A DNA stretch of 64,000 nt. Source: Spirochaetia bacterium. GTDB lineage: Bacteria; Spirochaetota; Spirochaetia; DSM-27196; Salinispiraceae. Below are positions 1 to 9,648 of this stretch, in pieces. Each line of letters begins with the position of its first letter. Within the stretch, counting starts at the first letter, position 1. The notes under the pieces are model-generated. The model was not told the origin of the DNA. It made no database searches and saw nothing but the letters and a program-made list of their open reading frames with translations. Location of the stretch: positions 46,302 to 110,301 of the forward strand of contig JBBRCZ010000010.1 of assembly GCA_038204425.1 (NCBI GenBank). Direction: 5' to 3'. The translations under genes and the position numbers were made by a program.

Positions 1-1338
1 AATCTTCTGCAAAAGTATGGTCTTACCGGTTCGGGGCGGAGCGACAACCAAACCGCGCTGTCCCTTGCCAATCGGACTAAAAAGGTTGAGCAATCGCGTT
101 GCAACATCACCGTCTCGCGTTTCCAAGTTGAGCCGCACATCAGGATACAGAGGTGTGAGATTTTCGAAAGGGATGCGAGTTTGTGCAACCGAAGGGTGAT
201 CAAAGTTAACGGTTTCTACACGCAACATAGCAAAAAAGCGTTCACCCTCTTTTGGAGGTCGAATCTGTCCATACACCGTATCACCGGTCTTGAGGTTAAA
301 AAGCCTAATCTGTGAAGGAGAAATGTAGATGTCGTCTGGACCAGCCAAATAAGAGTTTTGTGGAGAACGCAAGAAACCATAACCATCCTGAAGAATTTCT
401 AGTGCACCGTATGCATAGATGCTGCCTGATCTATCCGTGTGTGATTTTAGAATGGCAAAAATAACTTCTTGCTTCTTGAGCGCAACCAAATTTTCTTGAT
501 TGGTGCCATAACCAAGAGCAATACTGCGCAGATCCTTCATGCCCATCCAAATAAGGTCATTGATAAGCAAGCTACGTGGGTCACGCTTGCCGCCGGCAAA
601 GGCCATCTTAAAGGCTTCGGGTGTGTAGGTAAAAGCCGACGAAAAACTGATGCCATTCTGGTCCCAGTCTGGAAAACTTTCTTTTGGCACGGTCGCTGGG
701 TCGACTATCACATCTTGTTCGTTGCCCTCATTTCCAAGGTCTTTAGGAAAACGATTGACGTTATCGTGTCGATTGTTGCCGCGATAATTATCGCGACTGC
801 TGTCTCGGCTGTTATCGCGGCTGTTGTCACGATTTCCGTCCCGATTGTTATCACGACTTCCGTCCCGACCAGTGTTTCTATTGTTGCGATGCTCACGGTA
901 GTTGGGATTTCTGCTCGGTTGCGGAGCGTGATTTGATTGGCTAGCAGGTTCGGCGCTGCGGCGACTTTGTTCGGTTTCACTTGAAGGAAGACTATGCACC
1001 GGTTCCGCTTTGAGCTCGTCGACGGCATCCACTACAATCTTTTTTTTTCTGATTATGCGCTTTTCTGAATTATTCTCTGAATTATTCTCTGAATTATTCT
1101 CTGAATTATTCTCTGAATTATTCTCAGAACTATTCTCAGAACTATTCTCTGAATTATTCTCAGAACTATTGTCGCTTGTGATCTGTGTACTTCCTGTGAA
1201 GCTTTGATCAACGTTGTTGGATTCAACGGCATCGGCTGGGTTAGTACCAGTCTGCTTGGAAACGTCATCGGTGAGAGTCAAACCAATTTGGTGTTCGTCT
1301 TCCGAATCTCCGCTTTTTTTTCTTCGGATTATCGGCAT
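1..1338 (-). CDS. rho: Transcription termination factor Rho (3' end runs off the window), with a long low-complexity N-terminal extension
   Basis: Not in the ORF track; translated by hand from ATG 1338 (SD GGAG). MPIIRRKK...[75 protein letters not shown] gives the Rho RNA-binding domain plus Walker A. Confidence 0.98.
   Translation of the reverse strand, partial: MPIIRRKKSGDSEDEHQIGLTLTDDVSKQTGTNPADAVESNNVDQSFTGSTQITSDNSSENNSENSSENSSENNSENNSENNSENNSENNSEKRIIRKKKIVVDAVDELKAEPVHSLPSSETEQSRRSAEPASQSNHAPQPSRNPNYREHRNNRNTGRDGSRDNNRDGNRDNSRDNSRDSSRDNYRGNNRHDNVNRFPKDLGNEGNEQDVIVDPATVPKESFPDWDQNGISFSSAFTYTPEAFKMAFAGGKRDPRSLLINDLIWMGMKDLRSIALGYGTNQENLVALKKQEVIFAILKSHTDRSGSIYAYGALEILQDGYGFLRSPQNSYLAGPDDIYISPSQIRLFNLKTGDTVYGQIRPPKEGERFFAMLRVETVNFDHPSVAQTRIPFENLTPLYPDVRLNLETRDGDVATRLLNLFSPIGKGQRGLVVAPPRTGKTILLQKI
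784..867 (-). repeat. Degenerate 12-bp coding repeat x7 in rho ([28 protein letters not shown])
   Basis: Read directly from the minus-strand translation. Confidence 0.85.
1063..1170 (-). repeat. 12-bp tandem repeat x9 (CTCTGAATTATT / CTCAGAACTATT on +) encoding NNSE/NSSE in rho
   Basis: Nine contiguous units: 6 NNSE and 3 NSSE, in frame with rho. Confidence 0.97.
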
Positions 1339-1430
1339 TAAAGGCTCCAGATTTTCTGAAAGGATTTTTCAAACAGTATAAAGACCGTTTGCTGACCAAT
1401 GGCCGCACATATAATGTTTGGGAATGTTAT

Positions 1431-1459
1431 AACTTACCTCAGCATAAAACGCATGTCAA
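1431..1459 (-). promoter_or_regulatory. Putative sigma70 promoter of rho
   Basis: TTGACA-N17-TAAGTT on the minus strand. Confidence 0.65.
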
Positions 1460-1483
1460 GAATAAAAAAACTTTTTGGACAGA

Positions 1484-1918
1484 TTAGTTTTGCTGCTGTT
1501 CTTCATCAGAAAGGCGAATTGAACGTCTAAGGTCTTTCAAAACACTAGAAAAGACATCAATTTCTTCTACGTTCCTAATCATCTCACACTTTCCTTCAAA
1601 AATAACACCGTCGGCGATTCTTAATGTTGCCGCTTTGAGATTACCGTAAACATGACTGCCTGGCAAAAGTTCGATACCTCGCTTGGCCTCTACATTTCCA
1701 TGTACTTCTCCGGCGATCACGACTTCTTCGGCAAGTACTTCTGCTTTTATCAACGCGCCTTCTTCAATAAAAAGAAAACCTTTTGCATCAATGGTACCTT
1801 CAAAACGACCAGATATCTTGAGATTGCTAGAAAAACGTAAGGTGCCTTTTAGCTGTGCATCTTTGCCAATACGTGTGGCGATTGTAGGCAACTGGTAACC
1901 TTGCAGGGAATGGGACAT
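1484..1918 (-). CDS. Bactofilin (polymer-forming cytoskeletal protein)
   Basis: Beta-helix pattern IGKDAQLKGTL..ISGRFEGTI..VVIAGEVHGNV..LRIADGVIFEG. Confidence 0.92.
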   Translation of the reverse strand: MSHSLQGYQLPTIATRIGKDAQLKGTLRFSSNLKISGRFEGTIDAKGFLFIEEGALIKAEVLAEEVVIAGEVHGNVEAKRGIELLPGSHVYGNLKAATLRIADGVIFEGKCEMIRNVEEIDVFSSVLKDLRRSIRLSDEEQQQN

Positions 1919-1938
1919 GCTTGCTCTCTTAAGATTAT

Positions 1939-2160
1939 TTACTTGGTCTTCATTACAAAGACGCCGTCCCAGTCATCAGCTGGTGGATTTTCTAAATAGT
2001 GTCTGCAACGTGCTGCGTAGACTTTTGCAGGACCATCTTCGGGATCAATATCCAAGGCCTTTTGAAACACCGCGCGAGCTGCTTCAAAATTCATAAGCTT
2101 GTACTCTTTTCTGCCTTGTGAGAACAATTCCAAAACTTGTCGTTTTTGGTCGCTAATCAA
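1939..2160 (-). CDS. Small TPR protein
   Basis: TPR-like helix pair FEAARAVFQKALDIDPEDGPAKVY, ending PPADDWDGVF; start overlaps the upstream stop. Confidence 0.8.
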   Translation of the reverse strand: MISDQKRQVLELFSQGRKEYKLMNFEAARAVFQKALDIDPEDGPAKVYAARCRHYLENPPADDWDGVFVMKTK

Positions 2161-2900
2161 GCCTTTACTCCATTGAGATTTTTTTCTTTTTCTCTATAGT
2201 TATTGAAATGCTTTTGGTAACGTTGTTCAAGCCCTTCTACAGAAATTTCTTCTTGTTTGAGTTGCCCCTCTCTGCTCTTTAGGTCAGCTATTTCCTCTTC
2301 AAGACCTTGGATAGTTGCTAGGGTTTCTTCGCTTTCTCTCATAACCTTTTCTACAAACGCAGAAACTTGCTCGGAGTCAAACCTGTTAAGAGATCTAGCT
2401 GCTTCCATTATTTCTTGCACAGGTTTTTTGACATGGCCTGTAAAGTAAACGAGTGAACTATTGAGCGACTCAATAATGTTGATACGATTTTCACGCTTAA
2501 TGACTTGGCGAGAAAGTTCCTTTCCGCGCAAAACAGCCTTAATACGGGCCAAAACTTCTGAAAAATTGAAGGGCTTGGTAATGTAGTCTTCGACGCCAAG
2601 CTCAAAACCTTCTATCTTGTCTTTGACATCGTCCATCGCAGAAAACATAATAATCGGAATATCACAAAATTCATCAAAGCGCGGGTCATTTTTAATTATT
2701 CGGGTAACTTCCCAACCAGACAGTCGTGGCATGATATTGTCGAGAATAATCAAATCGGGTTTTGTCTCCACCAGTTTTTCTAAAGCTTGCTCTCCGTCTT
2801 CTGCCTTCTCAACCAGAAAGCCAAGTTTAGAAAGCATAACTTCAAAAAAGTCCAAGTTAATTTGTTCATCATCTACAATCAGAATTTTGTCTTTATGCAT
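2157..2900 (-). CDS. Response regulator (receiver domain plus helical C-terminus)
   Basis: ILIVDD, LIILDNIMP, MFSA, DYITKPF receiver motifs. Confidence 0.93.
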   Translation of the reverse strand: MHKDKILIVDDEQINLDFFEVMLSKLGFLVEKAEDGEQALEKLVETKPDLIILDNIMPRLSGWEVTRIIKNDPRFDEFCDIPIIMFSAMDDVKDKIEGFELGVEDYITKPFNFSEVLARIKAVLRGKELSRQVIKRENRINIIESLNSSLVYFTGHVKKPVQEIMEAARSLNRFDSEQVSAFVEKVMRESEETLATIQGLEEEIADLKSREGQLKQEEISVEGLEQRYQKHFNNYREKEKNLNGVKA

Positions 2901-2938
2901 ATCGATCTACCTTGCTTGTATTTTGCCGGTAAAAGCCG

Positions 2939-4615
2939 CTAACTGTCAACAGTTACTTTTCTGACTTGGGCAAGTCTGTAGCATGCCGCAGCTATCAATA
3001 GGAGCAAAGCAGCAATGACCAAGATTATTGCTAAAAAATCTCCATGTGTCTGATAAAACGTTGGCACCTGTTTTTTTACTAGCGGAGCATTTACCAAAAG
3101 GTAGCTTTCGGTAAATGGTTTGTTCATCAGAACTATATGGCCATCTGGATCAATAAGGCCGCTCATGCCGCCGTTGGTACTTCTTACCACAGACAGACGA
3201 TTTTCGATGGCTCTAAAGATAGCAATGGCCATGTGTTGCATCGCGCCAGGCACCGATTGAGACCATGAGTCATTGGATATATTGACTATCATGTCGGCGC
3301 CTCGGGCAGCAAATTCCCGACTGTGCTGACCAAAGGTATCTTCAAAACAGATAGGCGTTCCAAATTTAAATCCTGCAGCTTCCATGATGACATATTCTTT
3401 GCCTTCGTTCCAAACTGTAGTGTTGTTGTCTTCAAGAAGCTGCTTAATCCAAGGGAAGGTATCTGCATAGGGAAAATGCTCAGTAAAAGGAACAAGGTGA
3501 ATTTTATGATATACGGACTTTAGTTGCCCTTTTTCATAGAGCATAGCTGCATTATAGTCCCGTCTGGCTAATCGGCCTTCTTGATCTCGGTAGGCTTGGG
3601 CATCGCCGTTGCCAAGTAAAACTGGCACCTCAACCGTGGCAAGATAGTCAAGCAAGTTTTTAACTAGTTGGAACCTGTCTTCGTTGACTCGATATTGATA
3701 GTGAAACCTAATTGCTGGAATAATAGAAGTCTCAGACCAAAGCACCATATCGGTTTCGGGGTGAGCACTTAATCCGGCCTCGGTCTGCCGAATGTGTTTA
3801 TCAAGTCCTTCTTGATAGGCGGCTGTTGTCTTAGCAGGGTCGCTATTGGCCGCAGCAACCTTCCAAGGGTCAAAGTTTTGTTGTATTAGCAGCAAATTTT
3901 TGCGTGGGGCATCGGTAAAGTCTACTTGACTGAGTCTACCGGCCACGACCGAAAAGCCAAGCGCAAGCAGCCAAAGTGCGGCAAATATCCAACGCTTAAG
4001 CAAGAAAGTCTTGAGACCAGCGCTATGATCTTTCTGGCGCCAGAACCAGGCCAGCATGAGTGAGGGGAAGACCAAAAGCAGGCTGATGCCCCATGGTCCC
4101 CAAATGGCTGCACTTTGCACAAAAAACAAGGCTTGGTATTGACTGTACGCTAAAATGCCATAAGGATAGCCGAGAAAACCTTGAGTTTTGGCATATTCGT
4201 AGACTACCCAAAGCATCGCTTGTACAACAAAGCCCCAATTTGGCAGCAGTTTTGCCGTCAACCTCATAAGCAGTACGATAACTAAGTACCACATCATATA
4301 AATGCTTGGCACGATGAGGATAGCAAGTGGATGATAAACGGCCAACCAATAGTTGAACAAAGCGTACGAGGCAAAGCCCCAATATGGCCCGTACAAGAAA
4401 AGCCGTTTCCACGGACAAGAGTTAATAACTATAAAGGCGGGAAACAAAGCGATCCAAGCCAAAAAACCAAAGCCGGTATCACTCAAAGGGTTTGGAAAAC
4501 TCAAACAAAAAAGGACTGCCGAAAGTGTCAGCAGTCCAAGTTCTTTAAAAGCAGATGTTTGGCCCCCAGGAATTACGATCCTGGAATTTTTAGCCCCTAA
4601 GCGTCCAAGCAGCAT
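2939..4615 (-). CDS. lnt: Apolipoprotein N-acyltransferase
   Basis: Multi-TM N-terminus; nitrilase-fold triad WSET, YHKIHLVPFTE, PICFED; NISNDSW, RAIENR. Start set at ATG 4615 behind AAGGAG. Confidence 0.95.
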   Translation of the reverse strand: MLLGRLGAKNSRIVIPGGQTSAFKELGLLTLSAVLFCLSFPNPLSDTGFGFLAWIALFPAFIVINSCPWKRLFLYGPYWGFASYALFNYWLAVYHPLAILIVPSIYMMWYLVIVLLMRLTAKLLPNWGFVVQAMLWVVYEYAKTQGFLGYPYGILAYSQYQALFFVQSAAIWGPWGISLLLVFPSLMLAWFWRQKDHSAGLKTFLLKRWIFAALWLLALGFSVVAGRLSQVDFTDAPRKNLLLIQQNFDPWKVAAANSDPAKTTAAYQEGLDKHIRQTEAGLSAHPETDMVLWSETSIIPAIRFHYQYRVNEDRFQLVKNLLDYLATVEVPVLLGNGDAQAYRDQEGRLARRDYNAAMLYEKGQLKSVYHKIHLVPFTEHFPYADTFPWIKQLLEDNNTTVWNEGKEYVIMEAAGFKFGTPICFEDTFGQHSREFAARGADMIVNISNDSWSQSVPGAMQHMAIAIFRAIENRLSVVRSTNGGMSGLIDPDGHIVLMNKPFTESYLLVNAPLVKKQVPTFYQTHGDFLAIILVIAALLLLIAAACYRLAQVRKVTVDS

Positions 4616-4892
4616 CTTTGAGCTCCTTACCTGGTCTAAAGCTAACAACACCATGATCTTGAACCTTTACGGTCTGACCAGTTTTGGGATTACGAGCTTT
4701 TTCGCGTCCTTTGCGGGTTTTGATTTCAAAAGTACCAAAACCCCTAAACTCGATCACCCTATCATTCAGAAGTGCTTCTTTGAGTTCTTGAAAGAACGAA
4801 TCAACGACATCATGAATATCCTTTTTGGTAAGGCCCGTATCATCAGAGATGCTTTCTACTATCTCCGCTTTGGTCAACTTCGTCAAACTCAT
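4590..4892 (-). CDS. HU/IHF-family DNA-binding protein (Hbb-like)
   Basis: TKAEIV..IEFRGFGTFE..RKGREKARNPKTG..FRPGKELK; next to rpsT as in other spirochetes. Confidence 0.95.
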   Translation of the reverse strand: MSLTKLTKAEIVESISDDTGLTKKDIHDVVDSFFQELKEALLNDRVIEFRGFGTFEIKTRKGREKARNPKTGQTVKVQDHGVVSFRPGKELKDAAWTLRG

Positions 4893-4960
4893 ATCAACTC
4901 CTCGCTTACATTTTCAGTAAAGGCATAGACAACAGACGGCAATGGTCTGTGTACAAGCTA

Positions 4961-5224
4961 TTAATTTCCGAGTGCGTTGAGCTTCTGGGCAAGACGGGAC
5001 TTTCTGCGAGCAACTAAATTGCTATGAACAATACCCTTGCCGGACGCTGTATCAAGCAACTTTTGAACAAGTTGGAAATCTGCACTTGCAACAGCCTTGT
5101 CCTTTGCATCTACACTAGATAGGAATTTTTTAACCGCAGTCTTTATGGTACTCTTAGACATGCGATTGCGCATGCGTCGGCCCAAGTTCTGGCGATTTCT
5201 TTTTATAGCGGACTTTTTAGCCAA
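4961..5224 (-). CDS. rpsT: 30S ribosomal protein S20
   Basis: KSAIKRNRQN..RNR..KS.IKTAVKK..KGIVHSN..ARRKSRL; TTG start behind GGAGG. Confidence 0.97.
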   Translation of the reverse strand: MAKKSAIKRNRQNLGRRMRNRMSKSTIKTAVKKFLSSVDAKDKAVASADFQLVQKLLDTASGKGIVHSNLVARRKSRLAQKLNALGN

Positions 5225-5355
5225 GAGACAACCTCCAAATCACAAATTATTATGGTGTCGAACCTTAACATAGAAGCAAAAGCGCTGTCAACAAATTGGG
5301 ATTGAATCTTGCAGAACTCTTTGTATAAGATAGGCACACATCGAGGGGGACTTGG

Positions 5356-6120
5356 ATGGCACTAGGTTTTGTGTTTCTGATCACGTTGATATTCTATTTA
5401 AACCTCTTGGACTGGCGCATTCTGGCTTATCGTTTGTTCAATTCTGCAAAAACAGAAGCCTTTATTAATCGCAAGGTTCAACCATGGGGTCATGGTGTCT
5501 TTAACCTAATGACCCTGTTTCTTGGATTGAAGGTAGTCAACGAAACGCCAGTCTTAGCGTATCAAACAGTTCCACTAAAATTTGTGGTAATTTCTAATCA
5601 TCAAAGTTTGCTCGATATTACGATGATCTTTGACTTATTTGTCAAACGCCAGTTACGTTTTGTTGCCAAAAAAGAGCTCAAACATGGCCTACCAGGTGTA
5701 AGTCAAGTGCTTAGGTTCCAACGACACGCCTTGATTAGCAGAGAAGGCAACGCCCGCCAAACTATGGCCTACCTCGCCCGTTTTGCCAAAAGGTGTGCCG
5801 ACAAAGGCTATAGTCCTGTAGTCTTTCCTGAAGGTACTCGCTCGCGCGACGGTGAGCTTGGAACTTTTCAATTAGCTGGGCTAAAGATGATTTGTGATCA
5901 GGCCCCATTTCCTCTGGCTGTGGTAGCATTAGATGGTGGACACCGAGTAGCAACTTTCTTGTCTATGATTAGTCCGGGCAGAAAAACGCTCAGGATGAAG
6001 CTATTGGGGTTTTTGCCCGCGCCGCAAAGCAAGGATGAGCTACGTACTAGCGCAGAAACAGCCAGATCTATGATAGAACAACAGCTAAAGAAATGGAGAT
6101 CTACCCATCCCGATGCTTAA
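5356..6120 (+). CDS. Lysophospholipid acyltransferase (PlsC family)
   Basis: SNHQSLLD, FVAKKEL and FPEGTRS motifs. Confidence 0.92.
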   Translation: MALGFVFLITLIFYLNLLDWRILAYRLFNSAKTEAFINRKVQPWGHGVFNLMTLFLGLKVVNETPVLAYQTVPLKFVVISNHQSLLDITMIFDLFVKRQLRFVAKKELKHGLPGVSQVLRFQRHALISREGNARQTMAYLARFAKRCADKGYSPVVFPEGTRSRDGELGTFQLAGLKMICDQAPFPLAVVALDGGHRVATFLSMISPGRKTLRMKLLGFLPAPQSKDELRTSAETARSMIEQQLKKWRSTHPDA

Positions 6121-7861
6121 AAACTACAAAATTATCCTACCCTACGTTAAAAGATATGCTGGCAAGTATATTCTTGGGCTACTGAGCCTGCTGTTTACAA
6201 GTGGCATTCAACTAATGATTCCGCAAAAGATCCGCGAATCAATCGACCTACTTGCCAGTGGAACATTTGACCTGCAAGCGCTATCAAGTATTTTGTTGGG
6301 CATGGTAGCTATAGCACTCTTGGTAGCCTTAGGGCGATTCTGGTGGCGTTTTTGGATCCAGGGCGCAGCTAGGCGCATAGAAGCTGACCTGAGACTGGAC
6401 CTTTTTAATGCGCATCTAAAACTTGACGCTAGCTATTTTGGTAAGCAAACCGTCGGAAACCTGATGAGTCACTACACCAACGACCTTGGTGCGGTACGGA
6501 TGGCTTGTTCCATGGCACTGGTGGCAGCAACTGACGGTATATTTATGACAGTCAGTATCTTGACCATTTTATTGTCTCAGAACGCTGTGCTTACCTTAAT
6601 TTCTATTGCACCACTTCCACTGATTACTGTCTTAATTCTGGCTCTTGGCGGTATAACAGGTCGTCTTTCCAAAAAAGTCCAGGACAGTTTTGGCGAACTA
6701 AGTCGCCAAACTCAAGAAACCTTTTCTGGCATCAGAATCATTAAATCTTATGTCAAAGAACCTTGGTTTGCCACCCGCTATCAAAAAGCCAACAAAGAAT
6801 CTGCAAAAAACAATCTCGCCTTGGCCAAGGTTTGGAGTCTTTTTTATCCATTGGTTGCCTTTTTTTCCGGGCTAACCAGTGTCTTGCTACTGCGTTTTGG
6901 TGGCGAGGCCGTCATAAAGGGAGACTTTAGTACCGGCGAATTTGTGGCTTCGCTGAGCTATTTACAAATGCTAATTTGGCCAATGTTGGGAGCTGGATTT
7001 ACGGTAAATCTTATCCAAAGAGGAGCCGCTAGTTTGGAACGCATCAATACTGTTTTTAATACTAAACCAAGCATGGTTGACCCAGAGCAAGGATTGCCCT
7101 TTGATTGGCAGGCCAATGCGGTTGAGCTGCGACAACTTAGCCACCAATACCCAGACACCATCAGACCTGCCCTCAAAGACCTTACTTTAACGCTCAAGCG
7201 CGGCCAGACCCTAGCCATTACCGGTCCTGTCGCAAGTGGCAAGAGCACGCTTGTTAAGTTGCTGCCGCGCTTGATGGACGCCACTAGCGGTTCGGTAATT
7301 ATCCACGGTCGTGACGTTAAGACGCTAAAGTTGGCCCAACTGCGCTCTTTGGTGTCGGTAGTTAGTCAAGAAACTTTTCTATTTTCTGACACCATAAAAA
7401 ATAACATCGCCTTTGGCAACGATCTCGCAAATGATGAACAATTACAACGCGCGGCAAATTGGTCAACGATAGATAGTGACCTTGCGCAGCTGGAGCTGGG
7501 CTGGGAAACCCAAATTGGGGAACGCGGAATCAACCTTTCGGGTGGCCAAAAGCAACGTATAAGCATCAGTCGTGCACTGATTTGTGACCCGGAAATCTTG
7601 ATCCTCGATGATGCACTTTCGGCAGTAGATGCCTTGTCAGAAAAAATGATCCTTGATCAACTACGAGAGCTTAGGCATGGAAAAACCACCTTGATTATTT
7701 CGCACCGCATTGCAGCACTTGCTCACGCCAACCAGATTATAGTGCTCGAAGATGGCGCAATAACTCAATCGGGCGCTCATCAAGAACTTGCAAAGAAGGA
7801 GGGCTATTACCGAGAATTGCTACTCTGGCAAGAAACCGAGTCCAGAGGAGCCAAACAATGA
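6113..7861 (+). CDS. ABC exporter, fused permease/ATPase (heterodimer subunit 1)
   Basis: TMD plus GPVASGKST, LSGGQKQR, ILDDALSAVD (degenerate Walker B). Confidence 0.95.
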   Translation: MLKNYKIILPYVKRYAGKYILGLLSLLFTSGIQLMIPQKIRESIDLLASGTFDLQALSSILLGMVAIALLVALGRFWWRFWIQGAARRIEADLRLDLFNAHLKLDASYFGKQTVGNLMSHYTNDLGAVRMACSMALVAATDGIFMTVSILTILLSQNAVLTLISIAPLPLITVLILALGGITGRLSKKVQDSFGELSRQTQETFSGIRIIKSYVKEPWFATRYQKANKESAKNNLALAKVWSLFYPLVAFFSGLTSVLLLRFGGEAVIKGDFSTGEFVASLSYLQMLIWPMLGAGFTVNLIQRGAASLERINTVFNTKPSMVDPEQGLPFDWQANAVELRQLSHQYPDTIRPALKDLTLTLKRGQTLAITGPVASGKSTLVKLLPRLMDATSGSVIIHGRDVKTLKLAQLRSLVSVVSQETFLFSDTIKNNIAFGNDLANDEQLQRAANWSTIDSDLAQLELGWETQIGERGINLSGGQKQRISISRALICDPEILILDDALSAVDALSEKMILDQLRELRHGKTTLIISHRIAALAHANQIIVLEDGAITQSGAHQELAKKEGYYRELLLWQETESRGAKQ

Positions 7862-9648
7862 GTCAAGATGAAATAGTCAAAGGCTATGACCGACAAATAA
7901 TCAAACGTCTTTTTTTAGCCACCAAGCCTTATCGGATGATTCTTTTCTTGTCAGTTTTTTCGCTAGTTGCAGCCAGCGTAGCAGAAATACTACTGCCGGT
8001 GCTGATTCAGCAAACGGTAGACCAAGTTTTTATTGGTCCTCAGGCAGCAAACTCGCCCTTTGATTCAAGTGCGCGCCTTGATATCTTGGTAAAAAATAGC
8101 ATGCTGTTTCTTTTGTTGTTGCTTGTTATGGTGGTTTTCAACTTTATCCAGAACTATTTTTTGAACAAAACTGGGCAGTCAGTGATGATGGATCTCAGGC
8201 TGGCTTTGTACGAGAAGACTATGCGCCAAAGCATGAAATTCCTTCAGGAAAATCCATTAGGTAAAATAGTAACGCGCTTAACCAACGATCTAGAAACTAT
8301 CAATGAGTTCTTCTCTTCGGTTTTTGGCTCTCTGATCAAAGATTTTTTCTTAATGGTAGGTATAACCATTGCGTTACTTTTGCTTGACTGGAGGCTCGGC
8401 TTACTATCAATTGGTGGCTTGCCGTTAGTAATGCTGCTACTATTCTTTTTTCGCTATTGGTCCCGCCAAGCTTATCGAAAACTGAGGCAGAGTGTGTCCC
8501 GCCTCAATACTTTTTTGGCAGAACACTTGGCTGGCATGCATATTGTTCAACTGTTTGTTAAAGAAGACCGCACTTTTGCTAAGTTTCAACAAGAAAATAA
8601 AGCTCTGCTAAAGGCAAACATCGGAGAAATGTATGTCTTAGCCACCTTTAGACCCGTAGCCGACCTAGTTTCTAGTTTAGCGATTGCGCTGACTATTTGG
8701 ATTGGAGCGGGCTACTACCAAGAGCAATGGCTAAGCCTCGGGGTTTTGATAGCTTTTATTAGTTTGGTGCAAAAGTTTTTTGAACCAATAATGAGTATTT
8801 CAGAAAAACTTAATCTCATGCAGTCAGCCATGGCTGGCGGCGAAAGAGTATTTGAACTCTTGGACACCGAAGAACATAGTAGAAATGACGGAACACTCAA
8901 ACCAAACAAAATTACCGGTGAACTTCGTTTTGAGTCAGTCACCTTTGCCTACAAAGCTCAGGAACCAGTCTTACACGAACTAAGTTTTTGCCTTGAAGCA
9001 GGAAAAAAGACAGCCATAGTCGGCCCGAGTGGCTCAGGAAAAACAAGTATCGCCCAAGTTTTATGTAGAATGTGGGAAGCGCAAAGCGGGACCATTAGCT
9101 TAGACGGAACTGACATAAAGTCGATAGAGCTGTCGCATCTACGCAGCCTCATTCAACCGATTCAACAAGAAGTTAGTCTTTTTGGCATGTCCATTAGAGA
9201 CAACGTTTTAATGGGAAAGCAACTAAGCGATAAAGAGGTCTGGACACTACTTGAACGCGCGCAGGCCGCTGAATTTGTACGTCGACTGGCGATGGGATTG
9301 GACACGGTTCTTAGCGAAGGTGCCTTTAGCCTTTCTGGCGGGCAGCGCCAATTACTGGCATTCGCGCGTATTTTTGCCCAAGACCCACCGGTCATCATCA
9401 TGGACGAGGCCACATCGAGTATTGATAGTGAGACAGAAAACCAAATTCAGACTGCCATGCAAGAACTAACAAAGCAGCGTACCTCTTTGGTGATCGCCCA
9501 CCGCCTATCAACCATTGTTGATGCTGACCTAATTATTGTGCTCGCTGCCGGTCGAATAGTGGAAATGGGAAGTCATTCTGAGCTTATGGCCAAAAAAGCA
9601 AGCTACTACAAGCTCTACCAAACCCAAACTCATCGCAGCTCAGAGTAA
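7858..9648 (+). CDS. ABC exporter, fused permease/ATPase (heterodimer subunit 2)
   Basis: TMD plus GPSGSGKT, LSGGQRQ, IMDEATSSID, IAHRLST; ATGA overlap with its partner. Confidence 0.95.
   Translation: MSQDEIVKGYDRQIIKRLFLATKPYRMILFLSVFSLVAASVAEILLPVLIQQTVDQVFIGPQAANSPFDSSARLDILVKNSMLFLLLLLVMVVFNFIQNYFLNKTGQSVMMDLRLALYEKTMRQSMKFLQENPLGKIVTRLTNDLETINEFFSSVFGSLIKDFFLMVGITIALLLLDWRLGLLSIGGLPLVMLLLFFFRYWSRQAYRKLRQSVSRLNTFLAEHLAGMHIVQLFVKEDRTFAKFQQENKALLKANIGEMYVLATFRPVADLVSSLAIALTIWIGAGYYQEQWLSLGVLIAFISLVQKFFEPIMSISEKLNLMQSAMAGGERVFELLDTEEHSRNDGTLKPNKITGELRFESVTFAYKAQEPVLHELSFCLEAGKKTAIVGPSGSGKTSIAQVLCRMWEAQSGTISLDGTDIKSIELSHLRSLIQPIQQEVSLFGMSIRDNVLMGKQLSDKEVWTLLERAQAAEFVRRLAMGLDTVLSEGAFSLSGGQRQLLAFARIFAQDPPVIIMDEATSSIDSETENQIQTAMQELTKQRTSLVIAHRLSTIVDADLIIVLAAGRIVEMGSHSELMAKKASYYKLYQTQTHRSSE

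Noticed and set aside
17..1028. ORF-track entries at 17-199, 469-936 and 708-1028
   Set aside because: Shadow ORFs overlapping rho, which the track missed because it has no stop in the window
1010..1268. ORFs with (FSEL)n and (RIIQ)n repeats, and possible CRISPR-like look of the array
   Set aside because: These are alternative-frame or antisense readings of the rho 12-bp repeat. The units are contiguous with no spacers, and there are no cas genes.
7590..7630. Walker B reading ILDD instead of ILDE in the first ABC subunit
   Set aside because: The usual degenerate site of heterodimeric ABC exporters; the partner has canonical DEATS
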